This document shows, piece by piece, positions 47,601-57,470 of a stretch of 64,000 nucleotides of DNA; the stretch's first letter is position 1, and every line of letters starts with the position of its first letter. This DNA comes from Flectonema sp. DT1601 (Eukaryota), in NCBI GenBank assembly GCA_964019425.1, contig OZ025784.1:1364001-1428000 (forward strand), written 5' to 3'. The notes below the pieces were generated by a model. That model ran no database searches. It had not been told where the DNA came from and saw nothing but the letters and a program-made list of their open reading frames with translations. The translations under genes and the position numbers were made by a program.

Positions 47601-49475
47601 CAATCAATGATTTCATGCTATGAATACTGTAAAAGACTGATTATTGATGGATTCTTTCATGAAGAACGAAGAGAGATTGAACGACAAGTTTTAATCCGAT
47701 TGGAAACCACCTCCAGATCGACAGTTTTCAACCTCCACACCCTCGACACGATCGTTGTCGAGGAAGAGGGAGTTCACATACTTATGAAACATGTCTTTAT
47801 GAGAGTGATATTTACAATACAGCACAATTATCTAGCATTGTTTGAATCACGAACTCGTTGGGAAGTCGACCACCTCCGAAACCGATCGATCGATGTCGGC
47901 CACTCAGAGTATTTTAATTTCGGACAAATCACCTCTCGTCATAACCAGATAATGAGAGATGCGAGGGAAACTGCGAAACGGACATCAATTTGGGAATCAG
48001 AAGACCGAGAAAGAGTTGACATCGATAACCAGATGAGATTACAACAAAAGATTGGATGGTGGAAAACAGAAAAAAGAAAATTAAACTTTATTATACTTAT
48101 AAGAATCGAACAAGAAGTACGATCATCGTTATCGGACCGCCTGATTGACAAGTGGGACGAATTCACACACGCAGTTAACCATACGCTACAACATTTCTGG
48201 AAGAAAGAATCTGTCGTTGCGGTTGCGAAAATAACACTTATTAGCACTGCTAGTTTCGCAAGTGAAACTATTATCGATGGTGAGAGAAGTGAATTTCAAA
48301 GTATAATGTCATTATTGTCTACGAGTACTTTAATTACCCTTAGAGAACACCCGTATAGATGTATTGTTCGAGAAGAGGAATCACGAAATTGGTTGTTCAA
48401 TGTTTTCATTATACACATGGCTCTACTGAACCACCAATCTCATAATATTTTAAATATAATTAAACAACTTGAAATTGATGAGCTCGTTCAATTCACTAAC
48501 TGGGGTGCAACTCGTAAAACTGACGGTTTGAGTCTACTCAAACTTATGAGAGCTTCTCCAACAAAAGTCCATTCCACAACATCAACATTACAGGGTCTGA
48601 GGTCATTACGAGAATGTGTAATAATTCCAAAAAAAGAAATAGCTCCAAAACAGTTGATTAAAAGGGAAGTAAAACCGGTACCGAGCCAACGAATGACGAG
48701 ACGGAGGGAAATAATGTCATCGGTAAAGAGTAATGTTTCAGATATTCCGAAAAGTGTGAATCGGAATGAAAATGTGAGTTCACAAGAGAAAGTAGCATCT
48801 ATTGTGTTGGTGAATCCCCCACATCTATTCTACTACTCAACCAACAGTGAAATAGTATCGCCGTCACCAATAGTTCGATTCCTTGATGGATCTGGCTATC
48901 TTGTTAAACCTATTCGTAGTTCTGTTCATTTTCACATCAGCAAACCAAAACGATCTACTTCACCTTTAAGCATAACGTCAGTCACTCAAGAGGGATACGA
49001 TTGGATTATAAATTGTACATCAAATATAACTGGAAGACACAACGTAAATATAACTTGTGATATTGATGAAGGAATGTGTGATGGTGTTCAGTTAAACATT
49101 ATGATATCTGTTTTAGTTGAGGACAAGAAACCAGATGGAGTAAGCAACCCATCATGGAAACTTTTCAAACTATTACAAAGCAGAATGGAGTCAAGCCCCC
49201 GTACCATAGATTCAACGACAAGAAACGTTCTTGCAACGGTTCGTGAAAATAAGAATTTCTCTCACCTTCGAGAGTTGTTTTCTGATAGATATCCGTGGCT
49301 TAGACCTGATACGCTTACCTCACCTCCAACTAAGCATTTATTAGTCCCACTGAGTAATAAACGAGAGGCTCGTTCTAAGTTACCGTCGCCTAAGAAACAC
49401 AGAAATAGATTGCCTCCAATAAGGGAATTACCGATGAACGCGTCGCCAAGGAAGGTGAAAAGCTCAAAAAAGTAA
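44615..49475 (+). CDS. Large repetitive helical protein (~1594 aa) with E..R..I..E repeats; exons 44615-46270, 46347-49475
   Basis: Two ORF-track ORFs are joined in frame by GT-AG intron 46271..46346, with an open frame through 46347..46604. Confidence 0.8.
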
Positions 49476-49680
49476 ATGGTTTATTGTTGCCCTCTTTTTT
49501 TTTTGATATGTTATGTTTTTACACTTTGTTTTTATTTTTTTCTTTGTATTCTCGTGTTGAAATTTGCTTTTTCAAGTTTATTTTCTTCAAACACAAAACG
49601 TCACTTTAGTGAGAAAAAAAAAAAGGGATTCTTTTTATTAACCTTTCTATTGAAGATGATTAAATAAAAAATATAAATAT

Positions 49681-51330
49681 ATGTCGTCGTCGCCTCTACC
49701 GCAACCTCCATCGGTAGAGCAAGCAGTGAGAGTACCGCAATCAGATACTAATGACGTGGTGTTATTGCGGTTAATGATTATGCCTAAGAACATTCATCAC
49801 ATTAAAGAAGGTGAGAGTATTTTAAGATATTCATATCCAGCTGGTGATGCGTTAGTTGAAAACATACACGGATTCCTTCACGCAATCCATTCTACACTTG
49901 AGCGAGGGATAGGAGGGAAATCTACTGATGTGGCTTTGCTCGACAGAGGTGATATTCGGATGTGTGCCGCGTACGAAACAATTTTTGAAAAAACGAATGA
50001 AAATAAAGAAGACGACATCGAGTTGATAATTTGCTGTTTGTGGACTGTGGGTGAACTGTCAGGAGGATCAGCTGTCCCAAAAGTGCAGTTACATAAAGAT
50101 GGAAAGGAAATAGATGTGGAAGCACGTCCTCGACACATCGAGATTGGAGGAGTAAAAATAACGAAAATATCCTACGATCACAATAACAAAATAATCTCAT
50201 CTTCAGAGATAACTGACCTCTCTGTATCAGCATCACGTGTTGAAGCAGTCGCAATACAATCAATGTGCAATTCAATTCCCACCGTCTCTCATAACATCAG
50301 CGAAAGACTAGTTTCTTTAGCTCCACATTATTGGCACACACTAACATTAAGATTAGTGCGGACAATGTTATTGCTTTGGCCGAGTTTATTGGAAGCTAGC
50401 GTCATGTTCGATTCCGACATATCAACTTTTTTAGATTCATTTGTTAAGAATGTGATTCCGTCGATACACTGCGTAGATACAATACCAAACTCAAGTTTGT
50501 TCAGTCAGTCTTTTCGTGATGATGCGAAATATGTTCTTCATGAACTAAGCAACCCTTCGTCTATAACAAGTTTATCTGATGGTTCGTTCGTTATGCAAAG
50601 TGAGGCTCCTCGATATCATCCTTATGGACAATTTATAATGTATCGTCATGGTGTCGTGTCGACAACTTTACCTCGAAAAGTGTTGGATTCGCTGTTGTTA
50701 TATTTGACTTCGATTGAAAAAATCGGTCAATTTAATGAAATTAAATCCACTCATGCGAGTGAGGAACACATCTTTACGGATACCGTCGTGGTCCGAAGGG
50801 AGAGGGGAGATTCAGTAAAAAGTTTACTTGTAGTCTATCAGAGAGAGTACTTAACAATAGCAACTATTCTACTGCCTGGAGTGCCTGAGTGTGGTATTTC
50901 TGAAGTTGATATCTTATGTGGAATGAAGAAGGCTTCGAGTTCGTTATTAGCAACACATGGTAAATCTATTTTATCAAAGATACCTCCTCCTCAGTCATCA
51001 CTTCCTCCTGACGTTGTTAGGTTTTGGATTGCTTGTAATAGAGGAATGTCTGAGGCTTCAGGTGGTCCTGCTGCACCTGATTCATTTGCATTCCGAACCT
51101 TCGACAGTTTCCTCCCTCATTTTAAAACAAAGCTTCGAAAGCTGTCACCGTACACAATCCATATTGATTCACCTTCTAAGAAGTATCCTGTGTCATATAC
51201 GATAGGTGGATGGCAGTGTCCAACTCACTCACAACATATGATTGTTGTCTTGTGGGCGAATACTACTGATAGTCAACCGCCTTCACTTCCTGTCTTGTTC
51301 TGTAGAATTGCTGCTTCAGTTCTTGTATGA
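49681..51330 (+). CDS. Putative CCZ1/HPS4/INTU-family longin-domain protein
   Basis: KEGESILRYSYP...IHGFLHAI resembles longin 1; FIMYRHGVVSTTLP...LLLYLT resembles longin 2. Family call is by eye. Confidence 0.55.
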   Translation: MSSSPLPQPPSVEQAVRVPQSDTNDVVLLRLMIMPKNIHHIKEGESILRYSYPAGDALVENIHGFLHAIHSTLERGIGGKSTDVALLDRGDIRMCAAYETIFEKTNENKEDDIELIICCLWTVGELSGGSAVPKVQLHKDGKEIDVEARPRHIEIGGVKITKISYDHNNKIISSSEITDLSVSASRVEAVAIQSMCNSIPTVSHNISERLVSLAPHYWHTLTLRLVRTMLLLWPSLLEASVMFDSDISTFLDSFVKNVIPSIHCVDTIPNSSLFSQSFRDDAKYVLHELSNPSSITSLSDGSFVMQSEAPRYHPYGQFIMYRHGVVSTTLPRKVLDSLLLYLTSIEKIGQFNEIKSTHASEEHIFTDTVVVRRERGDSVKSLLVVYQREYLTIATILLPGVPECGISEVDILCGMKKASSSLLATHGKSILSKIPPPQSSLPPDVVRFWIACNRGMSEASGGPAAPDSFAFRTFDSFLPHFKTKLRKLSPYTIHIDSPSKKYPVSYTIGGWQCPTHSQHMIVVLWANTTDSQPPSLPVLFCRIAASVLV

Positions 51331-51607
51331 ACATCATTGCGACTCAGACAGTGCATGCTGTCTTCTTACAAACGCGTGGTCCTCAACCACTTTTTTTTAG
51401 AATTGATATTTTTAGATTGAAAAGATGATGTTTTCTTTTTGTTGTACTTTCGTAACGTTCTTTTTCCTCTTAATTCAACAGGTGAATGACGTATTGATGT
51501 ATCAGATTATAAGTGATCATCAAAAAAAAAAAAAAAAAAGCGTAATAATATTCATTACTTTCATTAAGAAGGGGAGTGGGAGAGTGTCTCACAATATATA
51601 GCATAAC

Positions 51608-54340
51608 ATGGCAGAATTACTTAGACTACAAAAATTCTTTCACAATGCAAAAGAACAAGAAAGAGAAAGTTTTGTTAGTAAGTTTACAGACGCTACTGAC
51701 GACACTGACGAGGACATCTCAGTTCCAATCCACAACAGCGAGAAACGGACAGAGAGAAAGACTGAAAAACAATCAAGAGTGACTCCAAGCTTGTCATCAA
51801 ACAGTAATATAAATAATTCATACGTCGCTGTAAAGAATTCGATGAACGTTCCGAACGGTAGCACTGGTGCCACAATTGATACTTACATAGAAAGAGTGAT
51901 GACTAGAATCGGAGAAGACATAACAAATGATGAAAAACTTGCTGATGTGATGAGTAAAATGGAAGCAGAAATACACAGAGAGCAAGACGTTCATTCGAAG
52001 GAACAGGAAATTAGAGACGCTGTTCGATCGAAAGCAGCTTTTTTAAAATCAAAAGCAAGCCTCTCTTCATCACAACAACAACTACACACCCTTCATAGAG
52101 ATCTTGGTCATGACATCGGAAGACGATTGCAGGAGATATCATCTGAGTTGAAGCAAAATAATAAACTCCTTTCTGAATTTTCTGAACATGCGAAGGGTGA
52201 TTTTCATCCTGAATACGCAATGTCAACAATGGTAAACGATTGTGATCTTCAAGTCTCGAATGACAAAATGAAACTACTGCTTCAAGAAAATATGGCCGAC
52301 CCCTCATCAGCCCTTCATATATTAGATGGTCTCCTTACAACAACGCACACTGCTGAAGAAGGAAAGGAGATCAAACATGACTTAGTGTCATACGGTGTTG
52401 GAAGTGATCTCGTAAATCATATTATGGAACTCCACACGACGTTAAATTCAGATCAGTTAGAATCACAAGTTGCGATAAAGTCTCTTCAGAAAAGTGAAGA
52501 AAGCATCCCTCGACTGCAGTCTTCAATTCAACACACTGAACAGTCGTGTAATAAAGCTATGTCGGAGTCAAACTTAGAATCTGTTGAAACTCTACAAGAA
52601 GAAAGTCTTGGAAATTATAATAAAATGTTAGCACTGGTTCAGGAACGACTTAGTCTTTTAATCGGATCCGGTAGAGACAACATAACATCAAATGTAAAGC
52701 AACGATATGAACAGAGTGCTCAGTTAATAGCAACAGTCGCACAGAGATGTGATGAAGTCGATAGGCTGTTAGAAGACGATGCAAGGAAGCTGGTTGATAC
52801 TCACGATCAATTGAAAGACACTCGTACTAAGGAATCAAACACAACTAACTCAGCCATATCCGAGATAGACTCTGAAATTACCGATAATGAAATTCAACAA
52901 CAACAAATAACAACTCAAATCCTCTCTCTTCAACAATCCTATAAAGACTTATCCTCATCTCGTGATAGACTTGTCACTGAAAGGGTTAAGCTTGTTGAAG
53001 ACAATGAGTGTAAACAACGTCTATTTGAGACGCAATGCAGAACACAGCAACAACATCTCAAAATGATGCAAGACGTTAAAGATCATTTAACACTTGTCAA
53101 TCAACTTCATAAGTTTATTGATCGTATGGTTTTTTTTTTTTTTTTTTTTTTTGCACCGACGAAGTCGGAGAAGAAACTATTCAGATTAAGAGCCGTTATT
53201 TTATTATTGTCATGTTATCTATTTCCCCTGTGCCGCCAGTAAAACTAGCTGCGATCAACAAAATATATAAAGGCTGCTTATCTGAATGGTTTTGGTATCT
53301 ACGAAACCCGTTGTTCGGTAGAAAGAGAATTGTCAGCGTCAACTAACCTATTCCTTTTATTAGGATTTTGTACCCCTGGTTGCGATACAAAAAATAAAAC
53401 AAAAAAAGTGTTGAATAAAAAAGTAAATTCGCAAAATCACTCAACCAAACCAATCAATACCATAAACAAAACAGGATGGGTCTCAACTGCTGTAAGTGGA
53501 ATCTCGCGGAAGATGGTTCGTGCTGAGGCTGACTTGCGTAGCATCCGATTGGAGGAACACACTCGACATTTAGAAATTTTTTCAAGGTTTGTTTTATTTT
53601 TCAAAAAAAAAAAAAAAAAAAAAAGTCACATGAAAAAAACAAAAAACCAAACACAGCTACTTCCTTTTTAATGGTGAGCTTATATTTAAAAAAGCTGAGA
53701 GAGTACGAGAGTACACGAGACTCATTCGACACAGCGAATGCAGTGCAAAGCATGCGTTGAACGTAGCTGATCCTCAAGCAAGAGTTGTATGTTATACCAA
53801 TTATTAAAAAATTTCAAAAAAAAACAAAAAACAAAAAACAAAAAACAAAAAACAAAAAACAAAAAACAAAAAACAAAAAACAAAAAACAAAAAACAAAAA
53901 ACAAAAAACAAAAAACAAAAAACAAAAAACAAAAAACAAAAAACAAAAAACAAAAAACAAAAAACAAAAAACAAAAAACAAAAAACAAAAAACAAAAAAC
54001 AAAAAACAAAAAACAAAAAACAAAAAACAAAAAACAACATAAAAAACAGTACGAAAACTACGCCAACGAACTATCAACTGTCCGAGATAGCTGTATCAAA
54101 AAGATTGAATTTCTAAGAGAAAACTGTAAGAAGGCGAGCATTGAGTTCGAAGCAACAGCAGACGCATTAGCTCAGGCTGGGATCGCATTTACCCATCCTG
54201 AGGTGTTACTTAACAAGCAAACTGCTGAGTTAAAAAAACTATCAGTGACTCACAGAAATCAGCTATTCGAAGCTGACAGAAAAGACAACGAAGAAGAGCT
54301 TGCTGAGTTAAATAGATTACTAGACCAAACTGCTCTTTAA
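51608..54340 (+). CDS. Paraflagellar rod (PFR) family protein, 682 aa; exons 51608-53123, 53475-53586, 53657-53786, 54050-54340
   Basis: The spliced C-terminus HLEIFSSYFLFNGELIFKKAERVREYTRLIR...ADPQAR...FEATADALAQAGIAFTHPE parallels the PFR1/2 pattern HLEYF..LY.TLG.L.YKKE.RLEEIDR.IR...FDPNAK...TEDAL..AGI.FVHP. Confidence 0.85.
53819..54035 (+). repeat. (AAAAAAC)31 microsatellite inside PFR-family intron 3
   Basis: C every 7 nt from 53825 to 54035. Confidence 0.95.
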
Positions 54341-54655
54341 TTGTTTTTATTTATTTATTTTTTTTGTTCCCCCAGAAAATAGTTTTTTTTTTTTTTTTTT
54401 CCCCCCCCCTTTCTTTCTCTTCAGTAATCCAAAGCTGGGTTTTCCTGAACGAGGAGGTTATTTAAAATATTGTAAAAAATACATTTTAGGAAAGTCCCTT
54501 TTTTTTAGAAAAAATAAATGTACTAATGAAATATCCCTTTTTTTTTTTGGATACTTTCACGAGATCAAAAACTACTACCATTTATATCATTCCATTATAA
54601 AAAAAAAACAGAATTGCCACACCAAAAAAAAAAAAAAAAAAAAACAACAACTAAC

Positions 54656-56309
54656 ATGGATGTAGCAATACGACCTGAGAGTGATTTCAGTGTCACTTTG
54701 GAAGGTAGTTCTGACTGGGTTATTGTTCATCGACCGACTAAGTTGGAAATATTATCATTACCCTGTGAGCTATTTAAAGATGTGATTATAGAAGGAGAAC
54801 CTACCGCACCCTGCATCAGGACTAGAAGGACTATTGAAGGAGATGTTGTGACTTTACCGATTAAGTTTTCACATCTAAAACGAGAAAGTCAAACTCTAAT
54901 TACTGTTGAGATGTTAGGAAGTGAACGAACAGTTGAATTGTTAGTAAATGAGAACGACACCGTAGCTCACTTGAAAGAACTACTTGAAGGAAGAATTCAC
55001 ATTCCACACGAAGAACAATCAATCTGGAATGGAAGTGTTCGCATTGACGATGATAGAGCTCAACTCTCTCAGTGTGGTATCACATCCCGAGGCGCATGGG
55101 TTCGAGTTGGTAAGTGTGGAAAACTTCGAATTACCGTCAGGTTCAATAACGTAGTTGCGGCAAAACTCCTGGTCCTCCCGTCTGAAACTGTTGAGTGTGT
55201 GAAAGAATACATCGCAACTAAAACAAACATTCCATCGAAAAGACAAATATTACTAGTCGCTGGCAGAGAATTACCTTCTCGTAGAACATTACGAGAATGC
55301 AGAGTAACGTCAAACCATGAAATTACAGTCGTATTAAACAATCCTGATGTCACTCATCCTAAAATGGTATTCAACGACGACTCATTTCCGCTAACTGATA
55401 GGGATATGGTTCACACGGTAGAAACAATGTTAGGTTCAGTACATAGTCTAGTAGATCAGCAGGCGAAGTTACAGAGTACTGTTGGTGATTTGGTAGGCAG
55501 CTGTTCTTTTCAACAAAAAGACTACACAAATGCGTCTACTAACATGCTTTCTCAAAGCAGACAAATACGTGCTGCTGCCAACACAGAAGCTGGTGCGACA
55601 CTCAGAATGTTATCTCAACCTGGACAGTTAAGCAATTCAGGAAGTGAGAGATTCTCTCACAGACAAGATCTAATGCATTACCTATCTAAGGAAGCTAGAC
55701 AGTTCTCAAAGGACTCAGTTCTCGCTTCTCTTGATCGTATGGAGCAGGTCAGACATGAGTACAATTCACTTCGAAATGAAATAAATTTAAGTAATCTTCA
55801 AAATGATGACAGCAGTTGTAAACTTTGTGGTCACGCGTCGAAATCGGATACTGCTGCTGCTGCAGGGTATGTTAATTTTTATTGTTTAAGTCGTCGTCGT
55901 TGATATTTTAAAAGTAGTTTGGAATTAATAAACTTATCAAAACAGGAAAACCGCGACAGCTGGGACTACAAAGGAGGCGGAAAAACCGGCGGCGAAACCA
56001 TCGTCATCGTCTACGACGGCATCAACGGTTGTTTCAAGTAGGGCGGCGTCGAAACCTGCGAGTAAGGCTTCTCCTTCTCCTTCTAGTTCTACGCGTCCAA
56101 CTTCATCCACTCCTACTTCGGGATCGAAACCAGTCTCAAAACCCGCAGCTAAATCCACAACATCGACAGTCGTTGCTGTTAAAAAGCCATCTCCAAAAGC
56201 TTCTGTAGACACAGCAAGCAACGCATCAGATGATTCTGTGATGGGCGATCATATTTTAGGCGATCCAGAAGCAGTTGAACAATGGCTCAAAGACCACAAA
56301 AAAATGTGA
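54656..56309 (+). CDS. Protein with two ubiquitin-like domains and S/T/K/P-rich tail; exons 54656-55866, 55946-56309
   Basis: DTVAHLKELLEGRIHIPHEEQSI and ETVECVKEYIATKTNIPSKRQILLVAGREL..RTLREC; in-frame GT-AG intron. Confidence 0.8.
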
Positions 56310-56549
56310 TGCTTCTATGCTATTATCTGTATTTTTCAAAAAAGAAAGTTACATATTGACTTATCGCCATTTTCTTTTATTGTATCTTTTATTATTGACA
56401 CTATTATTGTACCATTTTTTTTTTTTTTGCTTTTTTTTTTGCTTAGTTTAGTTTTTAAATTTTTTTTTTTATATAATTCTGTATAAAAAAAAAAAAAAAA
56501 TCTTATTATACTTACCACTCAAAAGTTAATCAAATAAAAAAATAAAAAA

Positions 56550-57220
56550 ATGCCCAAAGAACGTAGTAAAGTCCACTCAGTAGGATCACTTGTTGTTCCG
56601 GGTGACTTAGTATCAGTAACCGGAAAAGGAGGTAAAAACACTCAATCAGCAAAGGGAAGTAATATTGTTAGAGCCAGCACTGTTGGGAAAGTTCAAAAAA
56701 ACGAGGATGGAGAAATTGAAGTTAAAAGTCTGAAAAAAACAACGCCGATCCCAGTTATCGGTTCTGTGTGTTTAGGAAAAGTAACTAAAGTAGCAGGGAA
56801 TATGGCAAGTGTTGATATCTTCACTATAAGTGAGAAACTTTGTCACACGACATACAAGGGAACTGTTCGGACTGACGAAGCGAAAACACAACCAACTTCA
56901 CTAGATGATAAAGCTGTTCAAATATACGAATGCATGAAGCCAAACGACGTTGTAAGGGCAGAGATTGTATGTTCTTCTTCTTTTTTTTCTTCCAAACTAC
57001 TTTCTTACTGACACCACCACAACACCAACAGACTGGACTAGGCGATCGCCGATCATACCAACTCTCAACAATAAGAAATGAAATGGGAGTCGTATACGCA
57101 AACAGTCTAGCAGGCCATCAACTCATTCCATTAAATGATGAGGAGATGCAATGCACTGGAACTGGTCAGATAGAACAAAGAAAAGTTGCTCTTGGAGGTC
57201 AAGATTTTTGGTGGATCTAA
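56550..57220 (+). CDS. CSL4: Exosome subunit CSL4/EXOSC1; exons 56550-56966, 57032-57220
   Basis: VVPGD; IPVIGSVCLGKVTKV; ECMKPNDVVRAEI|TGLGDRRSYQLST..NEMGVV; MQC..TG..EQRKVA. Confidence 0.9.
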
Positions 57221-57470
57221 GAAGACAGTTGCTGTATTGATGTGTTTACTTTAAAGTATTTGTGTGTTTGTTATAAACTTCAAACAGACACACCTCTTCG
57301 TGACTCGATGAAGAGGATTGCACGATATTTGTTTTTTACGTTTATTCGGTTATATACCACATATGCTATCAAGTTTTGCCTTTCGAGGAGTTTGAGTTTT
57401 TTTTTTTTTTTTTTTTTGAAAAAATATTTATTAAATTTTTCTTTTTAAAACCAGTCCCTACCCTAATACG

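Noticed and set aside
53722..54077. KNKKQKT / FVFCFLF repeat proteins
   Set aside because: Translations of an intronic microsatellite; splicing it out restores PFR-family similarity.
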